DNA of 64,000 nucleotides from Candidatus Aenigmatarchaeota archaeon (lineage in GTDB: Archaea; Aenigmatarchaeota; Aenigmatarchaeia; Aenigmatarchaeales; Aenigmatarchaeaceae). Within the stretch, counting starts at the first letter, position 1. Every line of letters starts with the position of its first letter. Below, one piece after another: positions 18,988 through 28,043 of this stretch. The notes beneath the pieces were generated by a model that saw nothing but the letters and a program-made list of their open reading frames with translations, ran no database searches and was not told the DNA's origin. The stretch is from contig JBDRJK010000011.1 of NCBI GenBank assembly GCA_043814985.1, forward strand, positions 26,778 through 90,777, in the 5' to 3' direction. Both the position numbers and the translations under genes were made by a program.

Positions 18988-19158
18988 TAAAAACGCTGCC
19001 CTTTCCTTTATTTTTATTTGATCAAAGGTGAGAATCTTGAACAGAAAAGTTATGTATATGGCAATTACGCTTGCATATGGAATGGGGGCTTTAATTGCGC
19101 CGAAAATAATAGTTAAGCTTTTATCCTTTTCGGCTTAACTATAAGCAGGTAATAAAAA

Positions 19159-19914
19159 ATGAACCAAAAATTGATGTTGACTACATTTGTTGGTATTATG
19201 TTACTTTCTAATTTAGTTTTGGCAGTGCCAATCGCCCATCAATTTTATGGCAATGTCAGTATTAACGGAAGTCCAGCTCCGGATGGAACAACTGTTGTTG
19301 CTAAAATAGACGGAACAGAGGTTGGAAGCACAACAACTAAAGGTGGAAAGTATGGTTATGACCCAGTATTCATAATATCACTTTCTTCTATACAATCTGG
19401 AAGAACAATTAATTTTTTTGTTAATGGAAATCAAGCAAATGAAAACTTTCAATCTTGTTATGATTTTGCTTGTAGCACAGAATTAGATTTAACAGCTACA
19501 GGTGAAACAACTTCTGGCACTACAACAACTACTACAGGCGGCGGAGCTCCTAGCGGTGGCGGTTCCACACCATCAACAGAAACCACAACTGAAACAACCG
19601 AAACTACAGAAGAGGGTTGCCAGGAGAGATGGACTTGTTCAGACTGGGGAGCATGTGAGAACGGCATCCAGACAAGAGTTTGTGAAGACATAAACAACTG
19701 CGGAACAAACAGTGGAGAACCGTTCTCATCTCAGCCATGTGCAACTGTTGGAGAGGAAGCAGAAGCATCAGTTGGACCATCAGGATTCTTCCTACTAACG
19801 CCGACCAACCTGTTGATAGGGTCAGTTGTTTTAATAATAGTCGCGGCAATCACAATCTTTCTATTAAGAAGAAAATCCGAAAACATCGTACTGCCGCCCA
19901 AAGCGCTTCTTTAA
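19159..19914 (+). CDS. Membrane-anchored surface protein with Thr/Gly linker and TSP1-like Cys module
   Basis: Signal peptide, FYGNVSINGSPAPDGT, CQERWTCSDWGACENGIQTRVC, C-terminal TM plus RRK. Confidence 0.8.
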   Translation: MNQKLMLTTFVGIMLLSNLVLAVPIAHQFYGNVSINGSPAPDGTTVVAKIDGTEVGSTTTKGGKYGYDPVFIISLSSIQSGRTINFFVNGNQANENFQSCYDFACSTELDLTATGETTSGTTTTTTGGGAPSGGGSTPSTETTTETTETTEEGCQERWTCSDWGACENGIQTRVCEDINNCGTNSGEPFSSQPCATVGEEAEASVGPSGFFLLTPTNLLIGSVVLIIVAAITIFLLRRKSENIVLPPKALL

Positions 19915-19981
19915 AATTTATTCTGTAGTGCTTGCGTAATGTCAGATAGGCATAAAACTTTTTCCTACTAATTAAAAGTGA

Positions 19982-20734
19982 ATGTCCAAGAAAAATAAGT
20001 TTCTCTTTATAATAGTATTGTCGATAGTTTTGTCGTCTTCGTTAGCCTATGCTATGATAAATTTCCCAGACTTCAAGATCTTCCCGACAATATACGATGA
20101 GATAATGCCGAATGAATTGCTTGAGGAGCTGAAGATTATTGACAGGCTGTCTTTCGTCAAGCTGGCCCAGCACGGCTACAGCCACGGCACAAATGAAAGC
20201 CGCCTTGATGTTTTGAAAGGCTACAAGATTCTGGAATACGATTACGGCTTGGACATAGAATACTATATCCCGCCTTATGATATTCCCCATGCATTCCCCG
20301 TGCCCGAAAAAATTTTCTACATACCGGAAAAGGCCGAGGGCATATACTATGAAAAGGAGAAGATGGACTACGGCCAGTCTTCAGTTGATGATAAATGGAC
20401 AATGGCCATCCATATTCAGAACGAGATAAACACTACTTGGCTGGACGAGATATCAGAGGGAAAGGAGATTGATTACTTCCGTATTGATGACATCAACACG
20501 GACATAGTTGATGTAGATACCCAAAAAAACAGGATATACACCATGATCAACTTCTGCGGCTATAAGAACTGCACCCTTGTTCTGGGTATCATTCCTGTTG
20601 TTCCTAGGATGCAGGAGTCGGACAAAAGCTACCTTTTCTTCAACAAGGCAATGATAGCCTTGGGCATAATGATGATACTCCCCATATACCTTTTCTACTT
20701 TTTGAGTTACCAGTTCCATTGGTGGTTAAAATGA
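19982..20734 (+). CDS. Polysaccharide deacetylase-like protein (NodB/DUF2334), apparently circularly permuted, membrane-anchored
   Basis: QHGYSH, YIPPY and IH precede FRIDD...LGIIP; signal peptide and C-terminal TM. Confidence 0.65.
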   Translation: MSKKNKFLFIIVLSIVLSSSLAYAMINFPDFKIFPTIYDEIMPNELLEELKIIDRLSFVKLAQHGYSHGTNESRLDVLKGYKILEYDYGLDIEYYIPPYDIPHAFPVPEKIFYIPEKAEGIYYEKEKMDYGQSSVDDKWTMAIHIQNEINTTWLDEISEGKEIDYFRIDDINTDIVDVDTQKNRIYTMINFCGYKNCTLVLGIIPVVPRMQESDKSYLFFNKAMIALGIMMILPIYLFYFLSYQFHWWLK

Positions 20735-21777
20735 ATAATGTATCAAGCATCATAATACCGGTCTATAATGAAGAGAAGATTATCATGAATATGCTCAAAA
20801 AGAATGTCAAGGTTTTTGAAAACAGCAATATGGACATCAAGGAGATAATCGTGGTTGATGACGGTTCCATTGACAACTCAAAGAAGGAGATTAAGAGATT
20901 CATAAGGGATTACAAAGGCAATATTGACATCAGGCTGATTCCCCACACAACAAACATGGGAAAGGCCCAGGCTCTTAACACGGGGATAAGGCACGCCAAT
21001 GGGGAATACGTTCTCTTGTCTGATTCGGACTCTTTCATGGATGTTGAGGCGCCTGAAAAGATTATTCTGAAGATGAGAGAGACAGGGGCTTCATGTATTG
21101 TAGGACATGTTGTGCCTGCTCAGAACACCCTTCTGACGCGCCTGCAGAGGATGGAGTATGACTTTGACCAAAAGGTAATAAGAAGGGTGCAGTCCCTGTA
21201 CACCAACGTGATATCAATTCCAGGACCGCTGTATTTCACCAAAAAGAGCATTGTTGAAAAGATAAAATTCGACAAGTACAGCATTGTCGAGGATTTCAAG
21301 ATCGGGATTGAGATGAACAAGAAGAGGCAAAGGATAGTCCCGACTGATGCCGTGGTATACTCTTATGCCCCTACCAACTTTTCGCAGCTCAGGAAGCAGA
21401 GGCTCAGATGGTTCGGGGGAGTATTGAAGGAGACCCTGAGAAACAAGGATGTCTGGAAGACCAACCCGTTCTATTTTTCCAACGTGCTGATGTGCTTCAC
21501 GTCGTTCTTCTTCACCATATCAACCGTAACTTTGTTTGGCCTGATGCTTTACTTCGCTACAAACCTGCCCAACCTGCTGGTAAACTTCGTGCTGTTCTTC
21601 CTTTTCTTCTGCTTTACAATTTCAGCTGTTTATGCCCTGTCTATAAGAAGGTTCGAGTTGGACACTTTCCTGGCATTCCCGCTCTATCTGACCTTCTTGT
21701 TCATAGTCAGGACAGAGGTTGTCATAAAAGTTGTTTTGAACAGGAAGTTCGTTTGGGGGACAAGGGAATACCGTTAA
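20731..21777 (+). CDS. Processive GT2 glycosyltransferase (IcaA/PgaC/cellulose synthase-like)
   Basis: IIIPVYNEE, VDDGS, GKAQALN, DSD, VED, QRLRW, C-terminal TMs. Confidence 0.9.
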   Translation: MNNVSSIIIPVYNEEKIIMNMLKKNVKVFENSNMDIKEIIVVDDGSIDNSKKEIKRFIRDYKGNIDIRLIPHTTNMGKAQALNTGIRHANGEYVLLSDSDSFMDVEAPEKIILKMRETGASCIVGHVVPAQNTLLTRLQRMEYDFDQKVIRRVQSLYTNVISIPGPLYFTKKSIVEKIKFDKYSIVEDFKIGIEMNKKRQRIVPTDAVVYSYAPTNFSQLRKQRLRWFGGVLKETLRNKDVWKTNPFYFSNVLMCFTSFFFTISTVTLFGLMLYFATNLPNLLVNFVLFFLFFCFTISAVYALSIRRFELDTFLAFPLYLTFLFIVRTEVVIKVVLNRKFVWGTREYR

Positions 21778-22097
21778 TCAGTAGTGTTTCCCTTTAGGAG
21801 AATTTCAATTATCTGCGGCAAAGAATTGTTTATTGTATTGACAATATTCTCCAGTATCCTGTTGAACAAATAGCCCAATGCACTGTTCGCCCTTTCTGCC
21901 AGAACATTAGTGATGTTAGTACCTTCAAACAAATCCAAGATATCAGAGACCCTGGTCTGGTTGAACACGGTTATGTTGGGAAGCCCCCTGATGGTGATGT
22001 TGGGGATCCTTATGGTTATGTTGGGAATAGTTATACCTTGGGCCATCACAACAGGAGAAAGTAGCAGGAACACCGCAAAAACCAGAAAGGCTTTCAT
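21774..22097 (-). CDS. Small secreted protein with PNIT repeats
   Basis: Signal peptide; IPNITIRIPNITIRGLPNIT; many NxT/S sequons. Confidence 0.65.
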   Translation of the reverse strand: MKAFLVFAVFLLLSPVVMAQGITIPNITIRIPNITIRGLPNITVFNQTRVSDILDLFEGTNITNVLAERANSALGYLFNRILENIVNTINNSLPQIIEILLKGNTTD

Positions 22098-22204
22098 GAA
22101 GAATAGATTAAATTTTCAACTTAAATATTTATCAAGTTTTAATACTGCTTTATTTCCTACGGGTCAGTGATTAAGTATTTAAAACTTACTGTTTAATTGC
22201 TCTT

Positions 22205-22630
22205 ATGAATAAGATATCCTTGAGAATTATTGAGCCTGTTGACAAGAACAATGATCTTGGAATAATGGCAAGGCTCATACCCGAAGTAAGGATAATATGC
22301 TCGAACCAGATAAGGGCGGGCATTCTTCATTTAATGGTCAACTCTCCGGAGACAATGCACTCCATGAGCGTTGAGAACATGTGTTTTAAACTGGGGATAA
22401 GACAGTCTGTTGCCATCCATCACTTGGAAAGGATGATTGAGTGGAGGCTGATCGAGGTCAAGAAGAACCAGAGGTACGGCAACAAGACCAGAAGGAGCAT
22501 ATGGGGTCTGAACCTTAAGCATCCCAACTGGATAACAGAATGCTACAAGAGCGTAAGGTCACACTTTTTCTCAGAAAAAGAGCTTGACAAGATAACAAAC
22601 ATAAACAAAAGCCTTAGAATTTACAGCTAA
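22205..22630 (+). CDS. wHTH (ArsR-like) transcription regulator
   Basis: IRAGILHLM...SVENMCFKLGIRQSVAIHHLERM. Confidence 0.7.
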   Translation: MNKISLRIIEPVDKNNDLGIMARLIPEVRIICSNQIRAGILHLMVNSPETMHSMSVENMCFKLGIRQSVAIHHLERMIEWRLIEVKKNQRYGNKTRRSIWGLNLKHPNWITECYKSVRSHFFSEKELDKITNINKSLRIYS

Positions 22631-22770
22631 TGTCGTATTCTTGTACAAGGAAAATCCGATTAAGTATTTAAACTTTTAATGTTCTGTATCACTCCTGTAA
22701 TAATCCTGTACAGTTTCTGTGCGTAATTTGTCTCAGAGGGGATTAAATAATTCTTAATTTTATTCTGTTT

Positions 22771-22902
22771 ATGATTAAATTTCTAGAAAGTCTAGAGATG
22801 AGTCTAGCGCCGAGGAGGGGCGCTATATCAAGCTGAGGTTCACCGCGAGGCTTAGGTTTTCCTAGGGAGACAAAATACCCAAAATATTATGGTGAAATTA
22901 AT
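22771..22902 (+). promoter_or_regulatory. Structured GC-rich leader with a possible 21-aa uORF
   Basis: Hairpins TCTAGA/TCTAGA, TAGCGCC/GGCGCTA and CTGAG/CTTAG; ATG 22771 to TGA 22836. Confidence 0.5.
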
Positions 22903-23574
22903 ATGAATAACAAAATAATCGCAGCAATTCTTGGTCTTTTGATGGTAGCATCACCAGCACTAGCATGGAATGTTAACATAGATGCAACTGTTAATAATGC
23001 AGTAGCAGGTATATTTGGTGCAGGTGCAGGTAGTGATACTGGTTTCAGTTATGCAGTTTCTTCAACTGGTGGAATAAGTGGAAGCGGTAACATTGATTTA
23101 CACGGTGGAGGCAGCAATAACGGTGGAGGAATGGGATTAGAAATAGGCGGATCAGGAGCAGAAGGAAACATATTCGCTACACACGACTTAACAGTAATCG
23201 GATGCTGTGCAGGACAATGTCCATGCCCAACAGGTTATGTATATGATGCATCTTCAGCTGTAGAAATAACAGGTGGAGATAACGTAGAACTAGAATTAAA
23301 AGGCGGAGCAGGTGAAGAAGGAGCAGGACAAAAGCTCAAAGTCGGTGGACATGACAACTCAATAGATGCCGGGACAGTTCAAGTAGAAATGGCTTCAAGC
23401 CTAACAGTTGACGGAGAAACATCAAGTCATGTAATGGGCGCATACGGAGAAAACGTATGGTTCAAAGCATTTGGAAAGCAAAAACTTGATGCAGTAGACT
23501 GTGCTGTAAACGGATTCTTTGTATCTGTAATGGGTTTCAGAGAAGCTGTTTGCGATGGCGATAACTGCGATTAA
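22903..23574 (+). CDS. Gly-rich secreted protein
   Basis: Signal peptide MNNKIIAAILGLLMVASPALA; CCAGQCPC; followed by a poly-T terminator. Confidence 0.75.
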   Translation: MNNKIIAAILGLLMVASPALAWNVNIDATVNNAVAGIFGAGAGSDTGFSYAVSSTGGISGSGNIDLHGGGSNNGGGMGLEIGGSGAEGNIFATHDLTVIGCCAGQCPCPTGYVYDASSAVEITGGDNVELELKGGAGEEGAGQKLKVGGHDNSIDAGTVQVEMASSLTVDGETSSHVMGAYGENVWFKAFGKQKLDAVDCAVNGFFVSVMGFREAVCDGDNCD

Positions 23575-23599
23575 TTAAGAACATAATCAAAAAAATCGA

Positions 23600-23623
23600 C
23601 TCCCCTTTTTCCTTTTATTTTTT
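23600..23623 (+). terminator. Pyrimidine/T-rich archaeal terminator
   Basis: TCCCCTTTTTCCTTTTATTTTT after the stop; similar tracts at about 13880 and 18998. Confidence 0.5.
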
Positions 23624-23704
23624 AAGGAATTAAAAATCGAAAGTTTGACTTGATACCTAATGGGTATTTAAAGTTAACTTTTTATTATTATAAAGTGGTA
23701 AAAA

Positions 23705-24736
23705 ATGAAGAAAACATTAACAGGATTCGTGATTTTATCAATTCTATTAGTATTATCAGTAAACATCGCTATTGCTGAAGAAGAGAGCGTATCATTCGAT
23801 GTAACTGAGAATGAGACAAACAGCAGCTATACTGTAAACATAGACATACAAATCTCAGGAAACGATACTCATGTAAGAGATGACCTATACGGAACAGCAA
23901 CTGGTTCAGGACCAAGGGATGTGATTTTGGGAGGTGCTGAATTTGATCATAATAGCGAAGTTAGAGAGATTTGCTATCAGCCAAGCTTACAAGCATATTT
24001 TAACCAAATAGGAGACATACCACCATCAGGTTTTGCAGCATATCTAAAATCTTTGGGATATGATGATGAATCTCATATAAGTTTTATATGGAGTTTGTGC
24101 CAGCAAGAGTACATCAACCAACAGCAAGACGCATGGTCAACAGACTCTGGCGTACAACCAACTGATATGGTCCGTTACATTACAGGTTCCATAGACTGGT
24201 TGTTGGGAAGAGAAGCAAATCCTTTAGACGGATACAAAAAGATAGGAGTTGCCTTGGACAGTTACTTTGCTTCTGATAGGGATGTTTGGCTTCTGGTAAA
24301 CAGAATAAACATTCTGGAGGTAAGAATAGAAGCATTGGAAAAGACAATAGAAAGAATCGCTTCTGAGGAATACTGTGAAATGAAGGTTGAAGCTCTAATG
24401 AAATATAATTTGAGCTATGTCAAGTGCGGAGAGAACTCGACCATCTATGCAAGAGTCGATCCAAACGAATTTGGTTTCAACATAATCGGTTACACTAACG
24501 AGGATCAATGCGCTGTAGAATGGGGATGTACAGATTGGAGTGAATGCGAGAACGGAATCCAGACTAGAAGATGTTCTGATGCAAACATGTGCGGAAGATA
24601 TGAAAATAAACCAGAAGAAACACAGGTATGTGCAGTGGTTCAAGAAGATATAGAAGAGCCAGATTTAACTTATGTTTCAGTCAAGGAAGTCCTTCCAACA
24701 ATACAGAGCTTGCTTCTGCCTTTGTTCGTGGTCTGA
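23705..24736 (+). CDS. Secreted acidic protein with coiled coil and TSP1-like module
   Basis: Signal peptide; RINILEVRIEALEK; CAVEWGCTDWSECENGIQTRRC. Confidence 0.7.
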   Translation: MKKTLTGFVILSILLVLSVNIAIAEEESVSFDVTENETNSSYTVNIDIQISGNDTHVRDDLYGTATGSGPRDVILGGAEFDHNSEVREICYQPSLQAYFNQIGDIPPSGFAAYLKSLGYDDESHISFIWSLCQQEYINQQQDAWSTDSGVQPTDMVRYITGSIDWLLGREANPLDGYKKIGVALDSYFASDRDVWLLVNRINILEVRIEALEKTIERIASEEYCEMKVEALMKYNLSYVKCGENSTIYARVDPNEFGFNIIGYTNEDQCAVEWGCTDWSECENGIQTRRCSDANMCGRYENKPEETQVCAVVQEDIEEPDLTYVSVKEVLPTIQSLLLPLFVV

Positions 24737-24759
24737 AAGCGTAACAGACCCTTTTGATT

Positions 24760-24900
24760 TTATTTTCTACTTTGAATAGAGAGTATGTCCCCGTTCTTCA
24801 GCTCATAGTCAGCAGAGACTCTCTTCTTTGTCCTAGCATCGATTGCTCCAATGAACTTGTCACCAATATCAGTGTGAACCTTGTAGGCAAAGTCAAGGGC
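24760..24900 (-). pseudogene. Duplicated 3' end of ychF (47 codons, TGS domain)
   Basis: [46 protein letters not shown]; 125/141 identical to 28044-28184. Confidence 0.95.
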
Positions 24901-24943
24901 CTGTAGGTATCAACTTTATATTATTGTTGTCAGAATTATAATA

Positions 24944-27061
24944 ATGAAGAAAGTTATTTTATTTTCTATAATAGCAATAGTCTTGCTGAGCTCAATAACA
25001 TTGGCAATGACAGACGTGAGAGCGTCAAATATTAAATCTAATAGAGTTATAGCGCGCACAAATTCTCTAGCAGACAGGATGCTATTCAGAATGCAGGGGT
25101 GCAAAATAATTCACGAGCTGGAAGATGCGACTGCAATGAATTGCCCAGAGGCAATTGCTTCGAGATTCGAGCAAGATGAAGTTCTTTATATAATGGATTT
25201 ACAAGCAGACCAACAGATAGGGGCGGACAAGGTTTGGGCTTTGGGTTATGACGGTTCTGGGGTAACAGTCGCGGTTTTGGATACAGGAGTTGATTATGAC
25301 CATCAGGAGCTGTCAGACAGCATAGTTGGAGGTATAAGCTTTGTCTCATACACATCTAGCTATTCTGATGACCATGGACATGGAACACATGTCTCAGGAA
25401 TAATAACTGCCAATGGTGTTGTAGCCTCTGCAGAAGGCGTTGCGCCAGGAGCAAAGGTATGGATGGCAAAAGTTTGCGATTCTGGTGGTTCTTGCTATAC
25501 GAGCGATATAGCAGCTGCGATTGATTATGTTGTTGATGGGCCTGATGGTGCACCAAATACAGGAGACGAACCAGCAAAGATAATGAGCATAAGCTTGGGC
25601 GGCGGAGGAACTTCTAGGTCAAATTGTGATAATGATTACTTGGCTTCAAAAGTTAACTGGGCAGTAAGCAAGGGTGTGACTGTTGTAGCAGCAGCAGGCA
25701 ATACCGGAAGAGTAGTTAGCAGCCCTGGTTGTGCAAGCGGGGCAATAGCAGTTGGGGCAGTTGACAAAGGCGATGTAAGACCATCTTGGTCTGGCTCAGG
25801 CAGTGCGTTAGATATAGTTGCACCAGGGGTAAGCATTTATTCTAGTTTGCCGGGCGGCGCTTATGCGTCTTGGAGCGGTACTTCAATGGCAACACCGCAT
25901 GTTTCAGCAACAGTGGCTTTGATGAGGCAGGTGAACCCGAGCTTAACAGACAGTCAAATCAAAAGCATACTTTATTCAACAGCCAAAGATTTAGGAAGTG
26001 CAGGATGGGATAGATATTATGGCTGGGGAAGAGTCGACGCCTACAATGCATACTTGGCTGTTAAACCAATAGAACCTGAATGCACAATTGATTCAGAATG
26101 TGATGACGGATTATACTGTAATGGAGCTGAGACATGTATTTCAGGAGTTTGCCAATCAGGAGCATCTGTTGGCTGTTCCTATTTAGATAATCAATGCAAT
26201 GTTGGAATTTGTGATGAAGCTTCAGATAGTTGTGTGGCACAACCAAGACCCGACGGAACTTCTTGTAATGACGGTTTGTTCTGTAATGTAGGAGAAACCT
26301 GTCAGGCTGGAGCATGCGGCGGAGGAGAGGCTTACACCTGTGGTGTTAATGACACTTGTACTATTGCTTCTTGTGATGAATCATCAGATAGCTGTTCAAG
26401 TTCACCAGTAGCAGACGGAACAACATGTGACGATAATTTGTTTTGCACAGTGTATGACGCTTGTACAAGCGGTATTTGCGGTGGAGAACAAATAAACTGT
26501 AATGACGGTGTAGGATGCACTGTTGATTCTTGCAACGAGGGAACAGGCTCTTGCGATAACACGCCGGATAATTCAATATGTGATGATGAAATATATTGTA
26601 ATGGTGTGGAAACATGCCATGCAACATCAGATTGCCAGGCGGGAATCCCAGTAAATTGTAATGATAATAATTTTTGTACAGCAGATAGTTGCGTTGAAGG
26701 TTTAAAAACATGTGAAAACGTCTGGGAGGCATGTGGTTCGACGGATGGATGCTGCGGACCCGATTGCAATAGTATAAATGATCCAGACTGTGCAACAGCT
26801 GTTAAATGCTGGAGCGGAGATTACCAATATCTCTACAGGAATTCGAATCAGATGAAAAAATTCTGCAAGTGTGCAATGGGTATTTATGGATACAATAGTT
26901 ACAGTTATAGTTGGGGAAGGGAAACAGTTTATTATTATTTAGACTCGGGAAACAATGAAGAGTGGGATACAAATTCAAGGTCATCATATCTTCCAGTAAA
27001 CAAAGTAGTTTGTGCAGACGGTGAACCATACTCGACTGGCGAAGATTACTACTACGGTTAA
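24944..27061 (+). CDS. Secreted subtilisin-like S8 protease with Cys-rich repeat tail
   Basis: VAVLDTG, HGTHVSG, AAAGN, SGTSMATPHV; CDDGLYCNG.ETC and CNDG..CT.DSC repeats. Confidence 0.93.
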   Translation: MKKVILFSIIAIVLLSSITLAMTDVRASNIKSNRVIARTNSLADRMLFRMQGCKIIHELEDATAMNCPEAIASRFEQDEVLYIMDLQADQQIGADKVWALGYDGSGVTVAVLDTGVDYDHQELSDSIVGGISFVSYTSSYSDDHGHGTHVSGIITANGVVASAEGVAPGAKVWMAKVCDSGGSCYTSDIAAAIDYVVDGPDGAPNTGDEPAKIMSISLGGGGTSRSNCDNDYLASKVNWAVSKGVTVVAAAGNTGRVVSSPGCASGAIAVGAVDKGDVRPSWSGSGSALDIVAPGVSIYSSLPGGAYASWSGTSMATPHVSATVALMRQVNPSLTDSQIKSILYSTAKDLGSAGWDRYYGWGRVDAYNAYLAVKPIEPECTIDSECDDGLYCNGAETCISGVCQSGASVGCSYLDNQCNVGICDEASDSCVAQPRPDGTSCNDGLFCNVGETCQAGACGGGEAYTCGVNDTCTIASCDESSDSCSSSPVADGTTCDDNLFCTVYDACTSGICGGEQINCNDGVGCTVDSCNEGTGSCDNTPDNSICDDEIYCNGVETCHATSDCQAGIPVNCNDNNFCTADSCVEGLKTCENVWEACGSTDGCCGPDCNSINDPDCATAVKCWSGDYQYLYRNSNQMKKFCKCAMGIYGYNSYSYSWGRETVYYYLDSGNNEEWDTNSRSSYLPVNKVVCADGEPYSTGEDYYYG

Positions 27062-27070
27062 AAATTCTTT

Positions 27071-27496
27071 TTATTTCCTGCTCTGTACGGGAAGGTATTT
27101 CTCTGTAAGCTCTTTTTTCATAGAAAAAATTTTGTTTATTATTTCCTTTCCTTGCCCAAATTCAATCTTTGTTCCATAATAATTTATGCTGTTCCTTATC
27201 CATCTCAATCTGTCAAACTTCCCATAGTCAAAGCCCTTGAGCAAGTCTTTCAGTAGTTCCCCTATGCAGACGTGTGATAGAACCTTGTAGCCCTTGGAAA
27301 TGCAGACTGCCTCCAGAACCTCCCTCAGAGAATCATAGGCAAGGGAGACATAAGCAGATATGTTTATGCTGTCAATCGGCGCCTTCCTTACTGCCATCTC
27401 CTTTATGTAGGACATTTCTAACAATGACTTGACAAGCTCCCCATCTATTCTAGCCTTCTTTATCAACCCTTTCTCAAAGCATTCACTTAAGTCCAT
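27071..27496 (-). CDS. HEPN-domain protein (toxin-like)
   Basis: AYDSLRE, SHVC, FDRLRWIRNSINYYG; overlaps the upstream MNT gene. Confidence 0.75.
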   Translation of the reverse strand: MDLSECFEKGLIKKARIDGELVKSLLEMSYIKEMAVRKAPIDSINISAYVSLAYDSLREVLEAVCISKGYKVLSHVCIGELLKDLLKGFDYGKFDRLRWIRNSINYYGTKIEFGQGKEIINKIFSMKKELTEKYLPVQSRK

Positions 27497-28011
27497 TCAA
27501 TACTACCCTCTATGGCTATGCCGTTCAGCACGTTGCTGATAAGATGCTTGTTTTTAAGCTCTTTAACATTCTTTACCACAAAGAGTTGTAGCGTTCTGTT
27601 CAACCTCTTTTCAAACTTCCTGGTTTGAGGAAATTCCTTTGTCTTCTCGGAGACAACCAGCAGGTCGAAATCGCTTGTTTTTGTGTCAAGACCACTCGCG
27701 GCAGAGCCAAAAAGGACAATTGCCGGTTTCATATAGAATGCGTTCAAGGCAGCGACCAGACCCGATTTCCTCAGCTTCCTTATGTTATAGTAGGTCTTCA
27801 GGTCCCTGTAGGAGTCGCTTTCAAGGTCCGACCTGTACAGATTGAAGCCCCTTTCCTTCCTTTCCTTCAGAAGGCCCTCCTTTGCCATTCTTTTCAGTTC
27901 CTTGCTCGCAGTCGCCGGTGAGATTTCCGAAAGCCTGGCAACCTCCCTGACATTGAATTCCTTGGCAGGGTCCTCAAAGAATATTTTCAGTATGTTTAAT
28001 TTATTGAACAT
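27487..28011 (-). CDS. HTH + minimal nucleotidyltransferase (MNT)
   Basis: FNVREVARLSEISPATAS HTH; LFGSAASG...SDFDLLVV. Confidence 0.85.
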   Translation of the reverse strand: MFNKLNILKIFFEDPAKEFNVREVARLSEISPATASKELKRMAKEGLLKERKERGFNLYRSDLESDSYRDLKTYYNIRKLRKSGLVAALNAFYMKPAIVLFGSAASGLDTKTSDFDLLVVSEKTKEFPQTRKFEKRLNRTLQLFVVKNVKELKNKHLISNVLNGIAIEGSIEWT

Positions 28012-28043
28012 ATGTTTAATTTTATGAACAGACATTTAAATAA

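Noticed and set aside
22169..22672. GATTAAGTATTTAAA repeated on both sides of the wHTH gene
   Set aside because: TTAAGTATTTAA also occurs near 51870, so it may just be the promoter consensus; not counted as an insertion scar
26070..26800. Cys-rich repeats as a CRISPR array or DGR variable region
   Set aside because: They are in-frame protein repeats; I saw no constant repeat-spacer pattern, cas genes, reverse transcriptase or adenine-specific TR/VR pair in the window
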